Positions 1-9,964 of a stretch of 64,000 bases of DNA are shown in pieces. The translations under genes and the position numbers were made by a program. Numbering within the stretch: position 1 is the stretch's first letter; every line of letters begins with the position of its first letter. The notes below the pieces were generated by a model. That model was not told where the DNA came from and ran no database searches. It was given only the letters and a program-made list of their open reading frames with translations. The stretch is taken from positions 128,001 to 192,000 of the IMG/VR virus record IMGVR_UViG_3300037249_001405, one strand, 5' to 3'. Source of the stretch: a virus. Lineage: Duplodnaviria; Caudoviricetes.

Positions 1-457
1 AACTAGGTACAATATCTACTACTACTTTAAAATAAAAATAGGATGTAATTAACCTAATTCTCTCATCTGGCAAAAGACTGCTAAATTTGTCCTCCAAAGA
101 TCCACGAATAGGTTCATCTACTTCAGGATCCCATGAAAATCCATTTCCATATTCATATTGATATCTACTTCTAATAAAATCATATGAACATTTTTGGTTA
201 ACCAATCGTACTTCTTTGTTGAAGTCATGAGATTCCTTTATAACAAATTCATTAAAATATTTTTTAATAGATTCATGATTGAAGGGCATCTCCCCTAACT
301 GATTAACTAATTGCTTAGCCTTTTTTATAGCATAATTTAATTCTCTCTTATATTCCTCTTCATCTAAAATAGCTTTCGGACGATTACGTCGAGTAACATA
401 CTCATTTTCAGCACTCTGAACAGGAATAGGAACTACTGTTGTTTTGAGTTTTGGCAT
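1..457 (-). CDS. hypothetical protein (partial, runs off window start)
   Basis: ATG at 457 (MPKLKTTVVPIP...), open frame to window edge, promoter-like motif at ~488-508. Confidence 0.7.
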   Translation of the reverse strand, partial: MPKLKTTVVPIPVQSAENEYVTRRNRPKAILDEEEYKRELNYAIKKAKQLVNQLGEMPFNHESIKKYFNEFVIKESHDFNKEVRLVNQKCSYDFIRSRYQYEYGNGFSWDPEVDEPIRGSLEDKFSSLLPDERIRLITSYFYFKVVVDIVPS

Positions 458-571
458 ATAAATCTGTTTTAATTATTATTTATATTCTTCATAACTTAGA
501 ATTTGAAGGTGTAAAATAAAAAGAGTATTGAATATATTTTTAATTTATTTCTATATTCAATACTCATCTAA

Positions 572-1003
572 TTAGTTAACTAAATAACATCTACCTAACT
601 CTTCAATTGAAGTATAATAATTCTTCTTATCTGCTTCGTTAAGATCAACTTTATCCTCTGGAATTCGAGCATTTTTTGAATGTATATACTTCAAAAATGA
701 TGCTTCAACAAAATCAATTCCTGGTGTATTTGTTAATACGTAAATACACTTTCCATAACCTCCCATAGTAATTTTAAAGAGCATGTATGGAATAATGCTT
801 GCTGCAGAAACATTATTCTTAGTAGTTAAATCCAACACTTCAACTGGTCCAATACAGTCCTTCTTCTTAATTGTACCATGAGTTGGTGAAATGTTATAAT
901 TAATGTTCAAAGATGAATCACTTAACGCATACACCTTTGATACAATAGGCTTCTCGTCAGCTGAGTTATTAGCCCTTTCGCAAGTTAATTTAAATAGTTT
1001 CAT
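572..1003 (-). CDS. hypothetical protein
   Basis: 143 aa ORF with upstream promoter-like motif and downstream hairpin (523-566). Confidence 0.7.
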   Translation of the reverse strand: MKLFKLTCERANNSADEKPIVSKVYALSDSSLNINYNISPTHGTIKKKDCIGPVEVLDLTTKNNVSAASIIPYMLFKITMGGYGKCIYVLTNTPGIDFVEASFLKYIHSKNARIPEDKVDLNEADKKNYYTSIEELGRCYLVN

Positions 1004-1103
1004 TTTATTGTGTTTTTAATTAATATTTAACGTAGATAAGATTTTTAGTGCGTATAAAATCCTAAACTCTTATTACTGATTAACTAAAATATATAAAAAT
1101 ATC

Positions 1104-1316
1104 ATGAATAAACTAATTCAATTCTTGTTTGCAATAGTAAAAACAATACAACTTTTATTTGTATTGTTACTTACCTCCATATTGTATCTCATTTGCTTAA
1201 ATAATGCAGATTTTAATCAACGATGGCAATTTGAGTCTTGTAATTTTTCGGATTTATATCCAGAAGGTGATAAAAACATCCTTGAAACTATAAAAAAATT
1301 TTGGAGGTTTCAATAA
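1104..1316 (+). CDS. small hypothetical membrane protein
   Basis: 70 aa, hydrophobic N-terminus, promoter motif aaactcttattactga upstream. Confidence 0.55.
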   Translation: MNKLIQFLFAIVKTIQLLFVLLLTSILYLICLNNADFNQRWQFESCNFSDLYPEGDKNILETIKKFWRFQ

Positions 1317-1437
1317 GCTCAAATCCTTGATATTGAGAGAGTAATAATGTATAAAAGCATTGTTACTCTCTATATTTTCTTTGCTAACAAAACACAATTA
1401 ATTAACAATTTTTAATTTTTTAAAAAACTATAAAAAA

Positions 1438-1866
1438 ATGGCAACACCAAAAAACACAGCTGCTGAAGAAGCAGCAAAGAAGGCAGCAGTAGAGGCAGCT
1501 GCCGCAGCAGCAGCAACAACACAAGCACAAAACGCAGCAGCTTCCACAGCAGCTCCAGTAGCAGTAGCAACAACCACACCCGCTACCCCTGCAGCTCCTG
1601 CAGAACCAGCTAAGAAGGCCCCGTTCTACAAACGACCTGGCTTTTGGCTCGGAGTCACTGGCGTAGTAGCCATCGCAACCGCTTTTGGTGCTGGTTACAA
1701 GCGCGGCGTAAAAGCTGGCCGCGAGGCAGCCAACGCAGAGGAGGAGGAAGACAAGATCGCCAGCGCAATTGGCGCAGGCATCGCCTGCGCCAATGACCAC
1801 AACAGTGGTAATGGTGGCAACTCCAACTCTGGCATCAACAGCCGTGACAACAACCGTCGCGGTTAA
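1438..1866 (+). CDS. Ala/Pro-rich single-TM protein
   Basis: low-complexity N-terminus, KRPGFWLGVTGVVAIATAFGAG hydrophobic segment, GC-richer biased codons, own leader and terminator. Confidence 0.8.
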   Translation: MATPKNTAAEEAAKKAAVEAAAAAAATTQAQNAAASTAAPVAVATTTPATPAAPAEPAKKAPFYKRPGFWLGVTGVVAIATAFGAGYKRGVKAGREAANAEEEEDKIASAIGAGIACANDHNSGNGGNSNSGINSRDNNRRG

Positions 1867-1892
1867 CACAACAACAACATTTAACCTCTAAG

Positions 1893-1933
1893 AAAAAAAA
1901 TCAGATACTATTAAAAAGTATCTGATTTTTTTT
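1893..1933. terminator. bidirectional intrinsic terminator
   Basis: A-tract + tcagatact/agtatctga hairpin + T-tract between convergent genes. Confidence 0.8.
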
Positions 1934-1944
1934 ATTTCCTAAAA

Positions 1945-2565
1945 TTAGCTCAATTTAGTCCAATCATCTTCAACAAGCTGATCGGAATATTTCTTAATTA
2001 GCTCCTTTTGAGCATCTTTAGGATTCTTTTGTAATATGCAGTAAACGGCTGCATATTCATCCTTATTTTCAACTGGATCTATGATCTTAATATCAAATTT
2101 ACATGTACCAGTTTGAGGGTTGATGCTCAAATACTGATCATAATTCTTTATTAAGATAAATCTGCGATTGGCTTGTAACGCTGCTGTAGATTCCTTTTTC
2201 AAATTCTCAAAGGAATAACCTTCAAGTGGAATAAATTCTGAATGAGCCATCATGTACCCAACCGCTGTAGATTGAAAATCCTGCAAGAAAGTTAGTAACA
2301 CGTTCGCAACTTCTTGGCACATAGCCTGAAGATTTTCCTCAGAATATCTATCACCATAGGATAATTTAACCTCGATAAAATCATTACTACCGAGCATTGG
2401 TGAAGATGCTATAGGAAAATCCTCTACAGTTAATGTCGGATTATCAATTTTAGATAAAACTTTCGTCTTAGCTAAATTAATGAAATTCTTTTTAAATTTT
2501 TCAAATATTGAATTTCTCTTAAGATACATGGATATTACTCCATTTTTTACCGCAATTGTTATCAT
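1945..2565 (-). CDS. hypothetical protein
   Basis: 206 aa ORF. Confidence 0.75.
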   Translation of the reverse strand: MITIAVKNGVISMYLKRNSIFEKFKKNFINLAKTKVLSKIDNPTLTVEDFPIASSPMLGSNDFIEVKLSYGDRYSEENLQAMCQEVANVLLTFLQDFQSTAVGYMMAHSEFIPLEGYSFENLKKESTAALQANRRFILIKNYDQYLSINPQTGTCKFDIKIIDPVENKDEYAAVYCILQKNPKDAQKELIKKYSDQLVEDDWTKLS

Positions 2566-2689
2566 AGTTTATAAGTAATTATTGATTCTTTTTATATAAA
2601 AATATAATCCTTTATTTTTCAAGTTTAAGATTTTTGGGGGTATTTAATTCCTTAAATGTGCACTGAAAATAATTAAATAACAGAAAATT

Positions 2690-3190
2690 ATGTCTTTATA
2701 TCTAATTAGAACATTTGGAAGAAGCGCTAAGAAAACAGCATTAAAAGTTGGCTATACTAGCGATTTAAAAAATAGAATTGATTCTTATAAATACCACAAC
2801 CCATTCTCAGAATTGATTTCTACAAGAGAGGGTAGTAATTTAGATGAAGTAAGGGTTCATTCATACCTTAATTCATTAGGCTATAAGTTAGATGTACTTA
2901 ATGAATGGTTTAAAGATGTTGATGATGTCATTCAACTATTTCACAAGCCTTTTGAAACAATGAATGGTGTAATTTGGAGAAATAGAGATAACTTATTCAC
3001 TATAAACGATTTTAAAAGTGAGAATATAATGAATAAGTTATATGAAGAGTTGAAATTAATACAGAATCCGGTTGAGGGTTGGAAAGATATTTTTCATTTT
3101 CCAAAATCAAAAGTGGATAAAGATTGGAGTTTAATTCAATTCAATCGTTGTGTTAGAAATTTTAAACTAACAGACGAAATTGATTTATAA
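2690..3190 (+). CDS. GIY-YIG superfamily (T5orf172/MUG113-like) domain protein
   Basis: LYLI...LKVGYT..L..R...Y..HNP, E..VH..L, EWF motifs; paralogue of 55940-56323. Confidence 0.7.
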   Translation: MSLYLIRTFGRSAKKTALKVGYTSDLKNRIDSYKYHNPFSELISTREGSNLDEVRVHSYLNSLGYKLDVLNEWFKDVDDVIQLFHKPFETMNGVIWRNRDNLFTINDFKSENIMNKLYEELKLIQNPVEGWKDIFHFPKSKVDKDWSLIQFNRCVRNFKLTDEIDL

Positions 3191-3191
3191 G

Positions 3192-3238
3192 AAAAAAAAA
3201 AAATACACATTGACGTAAAAAATCAATGTGTATTTTTT
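3192..3238. terminator. bidirectional intrinsic terminator
   Basis: A-tract + tacacattga/tcaatgtgta hairpin + T-tract between convergent genes. Confidence 0.8.
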
Positions 3239-3244
3239 GTTGCA

Positions 3245-3961
3245 TTAAAAACCTGCATTTTTCAATGCAACAAACAGAGGATTACTTTCATGTTTAATTC
3301 TCTGTTCTTCTTTTTGCTTCTTCTTTTCTGATTCTTTAAAGCAAAAAGACCAAACATCTTTCTTCTTTTTAAGAAAGAATAATATTACTTCTTCAGTAAT
3401 ATTCCCTTTATGACCATAACAGTCATCCCAGATTTCTCTATGCTGTTTTTGCAGCCATAGTAAATCTGAGCAAACTTTCAGTATGTTCTGAAAGGGACTC
3501 CATACCCTCGAAAGCTCTCTCAAGGATATTTCTGATTGGCAATATCTCCAACCTTTTGAATCAGGTTCAGATGGAGATAATGCTTTACACATGGTCGGTC
3601 TATCCTCCCAAGAGAGAAGACAACCTGTGTCTGTCCAATGACAACAACTCTTATCGCCAGGTGCTGGTAATATTACTTTATTACAACACCAGTCATGGTC
3701 GGCTAACTCTTCTTCTGAGAGTGGATCATACTCTCCAAAGAAGTTGTAACTGCTCGGTTTTCCAATACCTTCAAGTATTCGGTATTTAGTTTCCATGCAG
3801 TTTGGAAATAACGCAGCCAAAATTTTTGCGTTATTTTCATCTTGGCCCTCTTTCAAGCCAAGCTGCTCAGGGAAATAAGCCCCGGGCATACGGAGGCAAC
3901 ATTCACCCCCACAACGAGCACAAATACTCTTGCACTCATTGTTTTTAATTTCTTTTGCCAT
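3245..3961 (-). CDS. YkgJ/CxxCxxCC-type Cys-cluster (putative Fe-S or Zn) protein
   Basis: CARCGGECC near N-terminus; C..W....C.L....RP..C later. Confidence 0.65.
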   Translation of the reverse strand: MAKEIKNNECKSICARCGGECCLRMPGAYFPEQLGLKEGQDENNAKILAALFPNCMETKYRILEGIGKPSSYNFFGEYDPLSEEELADHDWCCNKVILPAPGDKSCCHWTDTGCLLSWEDRPTMCKALSPSEPDSKGWRYCQSEISLRELSRVWSPFQNILKVCSDLLWLQKQHREIWDDCYGHKGNITEEVILFFLKKKKDVWSFCFKESEKKKQKEEQRIKHESNPLFVALKNAGF

Positions 3962-4138
3962 AATATATTTTTTATATTATTGTTAATGATTTGAAAAATA
4001 AAAAAGAAGATAGCAAAGCACGCTTATCTTCTTCAATAATAAGGGTTTAAAGGAAAAAGGAATGGGAGGAAGAAAAAAAAATCGTAACCTTTTGGGTTAC
4101 GATTTTTTTAATTAGAGTTGTGTGTGTGTCGTTGCGAA

Positions 4139-4549
4139 TTAGAAGCGCTTTACGTAGCGCCTTACCGACTTCTTTTGCAACTTAAGACCCGAGATCTCTG
4201 ACTTGAGATCTTCGATCTTAGAGTCGATGTCTGCGTTTTCAGCTTCTGCGGCAGCAGCCTCAGCCTTGGCTTCTGCCTCTGCCTTGGCTTCGCTCTCCTC
4301 CTTGTCGGCCTCGTAGAGGTCAACAAGAGATTTGCCGAAGTCAGCGAAGTTGTTGAGAATTGGCCTCAGAGGGATCTGGGCTACCAACTTACCCTCGGAA
4401 GAGTAAGTCTTGATGTTGCCCTTTCCGTCTGCAGTTACGCTGCCGTCGAAGATTACGTACTCGTTCTCGTCTGCACATACATCGTTGCCGCATGCTGCGA
4501 CAACGTTCTTGAACGCGTCAATCGCGTTCTTAATCAATTCAGTATTCAT
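4139..4549 (-). CDS. hypothetical protein with Ala/Glu-rich coiled coil
   Basis: 136 aa, GC-richer biased codons, two tandem promoter motifs upstream, terminator 4073-4108. Confidence 0.8.
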   Translation of the reverse strand: MNTELIKNAIDAFKNVVAACGNDVCADENEYVIFDGSVTADGKGNIKTYSSEGKLVAQIPLRPILNNFADFGKSLVDLYEADKEESEAKAEAEAKAEAAAAEAENADIDSKIEDLKSEISGLKLQKKSVRRYVKRF

Positions 4550-4754
4550 AATTGTAGTTTTTTATGGTTTGTATTTATTTTATTTGTGTTCATATATAAG
4601 GGTATCAGGCATTTATGGACGTATTTTTCATATATCCAAAATATGGCCATTTTTACCCTTATTTTTGTTTTTTTTTATATATATTTTCGTTCATATATAA
4701 GGCTATTAAGCATCTATAGGTGTAATTTTCATATACTTATAGATGCTTAATATT

Positions 4755-5150
4755 TTAACCCATTTTTATGATTAATTTATCTAAATCAGCAATAGGTAAA
4801 ATTACTACCGTATCTGAATTTTTATCTATTCTAATAGATTCAGAAAAGTTAGATCTGTAAATAAACAATTGATCTGTGGATTCTTTTACATAAAATCTAA
4901 CTAGATAAGGAACACATTCGGGACTATTATCGTCATCTCGAATAATATAATCGTCTATAAAAACATTGGGAGTATTATAAATATTCTTATCATAAGAAAC
5001 TATAATACGACCCTCATCATCTGAATCTAAATTTATTCCAAATTTATCAGATAAATAATGTAAATCTACAATATTACTATGACAATTAGCAAATTTACAC
5101 GGGCCGAGGAATTCCATTTTAGGCCCCTCTACCCAGTCTCTTTTTATCAT
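4755..5150 (-). CDS. hypothetical protein
   Basis: 131 aa ORF. Confidence 0.65.
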   Translation of the reverse strand: MIKRDWVEGPKMEFLGPCKFANCHSNIVDLHYLSDKFGINLDSDDEGRIIVSYDKNIYNTPNVFIDDYIIRDDDNSPECVPYLVRFYVKESTDQLFIYRSNFSESIRIDKNSDTVVILPIADLDKLIIKMG

Positions 5151-5220
5151 TTCTTTTCTTTATTACAGCCGATTATTAGAATAGTAATCGCTATTATAGC
5201 GGCAATAAATAGTACTACAA

Positions 5221-5946
5221 TCATTTTAACGATACTTTGAATTCACCATTAGAATAATCAATAGTTACTTCATTCACTCTAGAACTATCGAAAGGATTTT
5301 CGTATCCTAGAATCTTTTCTACGAATTTATATATATCAGTGGAATATACTATAGATGTGCTTAGAAGCTTTTCCAAGTGAGAACTTATATTCTTTATACG
5401 TTCTTCCTTGGTTACGTTAGGCTCTGGGCATAAATAATTATCACTGTAATAAACCGATTTATTTAAGTCAGTTAAATAATTTCGTCTCTCAAATAATTTA
5501 TGATTATCTAACAGTTCCACGGGATGTTTATTATCCCCATCACAAATTAATACCTCAACCTTAGAACAGTTGGTTTTTACTTTTGTAATAGAGATACTCA
5601 TAGTAACATTACCTCTTGTTGAGTCGAATGTTATTATTTCAGTACGATCAGTTGATTTTGCCCCTAGTTTACTTTTTTTGAACTTAACCTTGTGATCTAT
5701 AGATCTGGTAAGCAACTCATCTGTATTTAACCCGCCTAATTTATTTATTGTATTCAATAAACGTTTAGCGTTAAATCTAGCTCCATCAGCTTCTGTATAC
5801 CAGGAAACATTTATAAGAAAATAATCTAATATATCCTTACAAATGTCAAAATCATCTTTATCCTGTTTATGCTCGGATCTTAATGATTCAATGTCTTGTC
5901 GTGCTTTGTAAACACTATCAGTTGCTATTATTGTTATTTTGCTCAT
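5221..5946 (-). CDS. hypothetical protein (weak paralogue of the two upstream genes)
   Basis: GNVTMSI..KV segment resembles GNVNLSI..KV of 6789-7682. Confidence 0.7.
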   Translation of the reverse strand: MSKITIIATDSVYKARQDIESLRSEHKQDKDDFDICKDILDYFLINVSWYTEADGARFNAKRLLNTINKLGGLNTDELLTRSIDHKVKFKKSKLGAKSTDRTEIITFDSTRGNVTMSISITKVKTNCSKVEVLICDGDNKHPVELLDNHKLFERRNYLTDLNKSVYYSDNYLCPEPNVTKEERIKNISSHLEKLLSTSIVYSTDIYKFVEKILGYENPFDSSRVNEVTIDYSNGEFKVSLK

Positions 5947-5952
5947 GATTAT

Positions 5953-6798
5953 TTATATTTTTATCATTTTAGGATTATTATTCTCAATTATAAACGCATA
6001 TTTTGTATTTATTATGCTAAGCACCCTAGCTACCATTCCGAATGCATCTATAAAGAATCCTGAATCAATATTCAAAAGAGTCCAATGTTCAAAAAGATCA
6101 TTAATCTGTTTTAACTCTCTTTCTTTTAACTCATAGGATACAGGCTCTCTCTTAATTCTCTCCAAATCAATACTAGTTTCTAGAGTTCTCATGGATGAAG
6201 TTATAGATCTAAAGTAATCATGAATTGGTGAAACAACATTATCTACCTTCTCAATCCAATCATCTTTAGAACTTATCTGTATTGAATTAGAAAAATTCGA
6301 TAAATCCTGTATTTCTATAATCGGAAAGTATTCAGAATCTAACTTAATTCTTAATACCAATGAACCGATAGAACCAACTATACCGAGTGAACCCTTACCT
6401 GATATAGAATCAAACTCATCACATTCTATGAATTCATCGAATAATGGTTCATTTACGTATGGGGTGTAATATTTATCACCTTCCTGGAAAAGATTCTTGC
6501 TATTTATTTTATTGATATTTAGCATTTCTAGGTGATAACTACATATCCCAAAATATTGATCCTCTTTTTCTCTTTCAGAAAATGAATCATAACTTGGATA
6601 GAGTGAGCTGAACGATTGTCCCTCACTTCCAAATTCCTCTGAAAGAGTTTTAATTACTTGATCCCTTACAAATTTATTTCTATTCTCCTCTTTTAATTTG
6701 AGCAGAATAGGCAATAAGCTATTCATAAATTGTCCGAAATTCGTACTATCGTACTTTCTATCGTAATTAGGCGTAATAATTATAGGTACTACTTCCAT
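5953..6798 (-). CDS. hypothetical protein
   Basis: 281 aa; FPIIEI...SKDDW resembles YPSFDI...TKDNW of neighbour. Confidence 0.75.
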   Translation of the reverse strand: MEVVPIIITPNYDRKYDSTNFGQFMNSLLPILLKLKEENRNKFVRDQVIKTLSEEFGSEGQSFSSLYPSYDSFSEREKEDQYFGICSYHLEMLNINKINSKNLFQEGDKYYTPYVNEPLFDEFIECDEFDSISGKGSLGIVGSIGSLVLRIKLDSEYFPIIEIQDLSNFSNSIQISSKDDWIEKVDNVVSPIHDYFRSITSSMRTLETSIDLERIKREPVSYELKERELKQINDLFEHWTLLNIDSGFFIDAFGMVARVLSIINTKYAFIIENNNPKMIKI

Positions 6799-7682
6799 TC
6801 GAATATTATATTATCGTTATTATCAATACCAAACGTTAGAGTTGGTAAAGAGTTAGTTACACTCTTTATTGTATTTATCGCTAAGTAAATCAAATCATTT
6901 AATCTATTTAATAGATAAATATACTCCTCTGAATAAAAAATTCTAGTTTGATAATTTTTCATTAAATCATTTATACTATTTTCAATAACTTGAAGATACT
7001 TCTGATAATCTTTTGTAGCGTCTACAGCACCACCCCAATCCAAACTATAACCGAAAGTAAATCCAAGTTGTTCTAACTCACTTTTCCAGTTATCTTTTGT
7101 AAGACAGATGGATTTGTTCTTCCCTGAATTATCCACTAATAGAATGTCAAAACTTGGGTATTTAATGCCATTAACTTTACACATGTCAATAGATAAATTA
7201 ACATTTCCTATCTTCCACATACCATTAATTATATTTTTATTCCAGAAAGTGTGAGGATCACGAAAATAATTCTTAAGATTATCTTCATTCTTTCTATAAC
7301 TAATTAACGATACTTTTGCTTCTTTAAAGAATGTGTCAGAAACCGTATCTAATTTCCTTGCTGTAAATGGGTCTCTTTTTGTATACGTTGGTATGTGATA
7401 ATTAAATTTATTAAATTCAGTTTTAAAGTACGTATAAATTTCAGGATTATAAATAACCTGTTCATTCGCATAAAAACCAAATTTAATAAAAAATCTATCT
7501 ATAAAAGCTAATGCTTTATAGAAATCGTTTTTGAAATATTTAGTTTTCTTAAATAGTTCATTAAATACTCTCCAAATTTCTCCAATTCTTGCATTTTGTA
7601 ATGCTTTATCAGGATTCTTTGTAGGGTATTTTAGAGATGACTCATTCTCGTAAACTTTTAAGTTTATTTGATCTCTAATCAT
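6789..7682 (-). CDS. hypothetical protein
   Basis: 297 aa ORF, first of a minus-strand operon. Confidence 0.75.
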   Translation of the reverse strand: MIRDQINLKVYENESSLKYPTKNPDKALQNARIGEIWRVFNELFKKTKYFKNDFYKALAFIDRFFIKFGFYANEQVIYNPEIYTYFKTEFNKFNYHIPTYTKRDPFTARKLDTVSDTFFKEAKVSLISYRKNEDNLKNYFRDPHTFWNKNIINGMWKIGNVNLSIDMCKVNGIKYPSFDILLVDNSGKNKSICLTKDNWKSELEQLGFTFGYSLDWGGAVDATKDYQKYLQVIENSINDLMKNYQTRIFYSEEYIYLLNRLNDLIYLAINTIKSVTNSLPTLTFGIDNNDNIIFEWK

Positions 7683-7809
7683 ATTTAGTTAATTTTATTT
7701 AATTAATATTCAGTAATAAAGAAATCACCGGTCCTTGAAATTACAAAAATGGAGTTGAATAATGACAAAAGTCTTAAAGATAGAATCGTAAAATATAAAT
7801 ATAAATATT

Positions 7810-8385
7810 ATGCAAAATTTAAATGATAGAATAATGGTTCTTTATCCTGGGGATCAATTACCTCAGATGACAACAGATGCAATTAAAATATATTTAGCTG
7901 GTACGATGGATTTTGGATCACAAGAAAACGATTGGCAGACAAAATTTGCCAATGGTGTAGTTCAGCTAACTGACCCAATTAAGGGTATATTAATGTACAA
8001 AACTACAAGATTTGTAATTTTTAATCCCCACGTACCACCACAGAACCAAGAAGCACCAGATTTGAATAATCCAGAATTTGTTCAAACAATGCAATGGAGA
8101 ATGCAAATGCAGGATATGGCTGATATTGTTTTTGTCAATATCATGAATAAATCAAAATCTCCTGTTCCTATTCTTGAATTTGGATCTAATTTGAGATCCG
8201 GTAAAATGATTGTTAGATGTGGAGAACAGCATATAATGTATTCTCAAATTCGTCTGTATTGTGAGAAATATAATGTTCCCCTCTTAAACGGAACAGCAAA
8301 TGTTAAGGATATTTTGTTGATGATGGGTAGTTTCGTATCTAAATTCCAACAAGATAATCCACAAAATCCAGGATTACCAAGTTAA
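7810..8385 (+). CDS. nucleoside 2-deoxyribosyltransferase-like protein
   Basis: KIYLAGT...DWQ, IFNP, W......AD, SP...LEFG pattern. Confidence 0.7.
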   Translation: MQNLNDRIMVLYPGDQLPQMTTDAIKIYLAGTMDFGSQENDWQTKFANGVVQLTDPIKGILMYKTTRFVIFNPHVPPQNQEAPDLNNPEFVQTMQWRMQMQDMADIVFVNIMNKSKSPVPILEFGSNLRSGKMIVRCGEQHIMYSQIRLYCEKYNVPLLNGTANVKDILLMMGSFVSKFQQDNPQNPGLPS

Positions 8386-8409
8386 TAATAATTAAAAACA
8401 TAAAATAAA

Positions 8410-8994
8410 ATGGAATTAATAAAATACATATTTAGGTTGCTTTGGAGAAAAATAAAGTCTATATTTGAAATTGAACCGGAAAGTAAATCACCTGAGATAG
8501 TCAATGGAGCTATAGATCCTGTTTCCCCAGAAGCGATAAATTCATCACTATCCTTTGTAGATCCAGAAAATCCTGTTTTCGTGAATTTAAAAAAGATAGT
8601 TACAGAGTCCGGTATTAACAATTTAACGGATTTGGTTAATTTCTTCACAATTTGTTACGAAAATAGACTAAAACCTAACTGGTGTGAAGAAACGATTTTA
8701 GAATTAAAAGATAATAATAGAAAATTAAACACAGCTGGAAAAATGAATTTTATATTGTTTAATCAAGCATTAGAAGCATTTTTCTTAAATATGGGCTGTA
8801 AAATCGACCAAACAGAGAAGGGTAAAAGTGATTTAGAGAAGGCTGTTATTTGGACTATATCAGAAATGACAGCTAAGTGGATTAATTTTATCTCACGTGA
8901 AACACTAGCTGATGCTGTTAGTTTAATTTTCAAAGAAAGAGATAAAAGAGAATGGGAAGTTTTCGACTTAAAAGAAAAACATTTGGGTTTTTAA
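8410..8994 (+). CDS. hypothetical protein (paralogue of 9464-9859)
   Basis: GINNLTDLVNFF / DAVSLIF vs GVTNLTDLIDLF / DACSLIF. Confidence 0.75.
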   Translation: MELIKYIFRLLWRKIKSIFEIEPESKSPEIVNGAIDPVSPEAINSSLSFVDPENPVFVNLKKIVTESGINNLTDLVNFFTICYENRLKPNWCEETILELKDNNRKLNTAGKMNFILFNQALEAFFLNMGCKIDQTEKGKSDLEKAVIWTISEMTAKWINFISRETLADAVSLIFKERDKREWEVFDLKEKHLGF

Positions 8995-9323
8995 ATGAGG
9001 CTGCGAATGCCAAAAGCGATAATTGGGAGATAACCAAAGATATCTTTAAGAACGAAGGCGTAGGGGCTGGTATAAAATCTATGTTCTGGAAAAATAAGGA
9101 TGATCTACAAAGATCTGCGAACCGATTAGCAGCTAATGGTAAAAGTGATGTAGCAGAAAGACTAGTATCCAGACAAAATAGACTTGGTATAGGAGGAAAG
9201 ATAAGCTTAAATCAGCCTCAACCAACTCGTACCGGAGTACCCTCTACAAACGCATCTATAGCTATGGGTGCACCTGCAGGTCCTAGCATTGGTGGAACTG
9301 GAGCAGGTGTCGGTGGCTACTAA
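8952..9323 (+). CDS. hypothetical protein, Gly-rich C-terminus
   Basis: 123 aa ORF overlapping the upstream stop; terminator 9379-9414. Confidence 0.65.
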   Translation: MGSFRLKRKTFGFLNEAANAKSDNWEITKDIFKNEGVGAGIKSMFWKNKDDLQRSANRLAANGKSDVAERLVSRQNRLGIGGKISLNQPQPTRTGVPSTNASIAMGAPAGPSIGGTGAGVGGY

Positions 9324-9463
9324 ATAATATTGAATCCTTACCGGTTTTTTATGTGTTTTTTACCGGACGGATTCCTTTGATGGACAGGATGCGCACCTGT
9401 CCATCTATTTTTTTACTCCTTCAAACCCTAATTAACGATATTAACTAAAAAACTATTTATATC

Positions 9464-9859
9464 ATGAAATTATACAACATATTCAAGTCATGCGGGGTTA
9501 CTAACCTTACAGACTTGATCGATTTATTTAATCTGATATACCTGAATAGAAAAGGTACGTCAGAAAGCATCATTATAGATCGATATAATGATGACAGAAA
9601 GGTTGAAGATATGATATCTCAACCTGAGGAGGAACACTCAATTAAGCCAAGACTCCTCTACAAAATACTGAGAACTTTCTTCCAAGGAAAAGGATTGAAA
9701 GTTCACAGTACAGATTACGGCACAAAGACTCCGGAAATGGATGACCAAGATTTGGATTCTGCCATAAACTACCTATTTACCACTCTTAGTGATAAATGGG
9801 AAGAGTTTTCTAACACAGAAAATCACAGAGATGCTTGTTCATTGATTTTCCCAATGTAA
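9464..9859 (+). CDS. hypothetical protein (paralogue of 8410-8994)
   Basis: shared motifs; own promoter motif at ~9422-9438. Confidence 0.75.
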   Translation: MKLYNIFKSCGVTNLTDLIDLFNLIYLNRKGTSESIIIDRYNDDRKVEDMISQPEEEHSIKPRLLYKILRTFFQGKGLKVHSTDYGTKTPEMDDQDLDSAINYLFTTLSDKWEEFSNTENHRDACSLIFPM

Positions 9860-9865
9860 CAAGCT

Positions 9866-9940
9866 AAAAACCTTAATATTGAAGAAAATATAGATGCTAA
9901 AAAATCTATATTTTCTTCATTTATTTTTCTAGATATTAAT
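9866..9940 (+). promoter_or_regulatory. promoter + leader hairpin + U-tract + conserved box (representative of ~14 copies)
   Basis: aaaaaccttaatatt-GAAGAAAATATAGA...TCTATATTTTCTTC-atttatttttctagatattaa. Confidence 0.75.
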
Positions 9941-9964
9941 TAACTTTAACTAAAATTGATTATT

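Noticed and set aside
1420-1869. Cys-rich minus-strand ORF
   Set aside because: Antisense shadow of the GCA-rich plus-strand gene, which has the leader and terminator.
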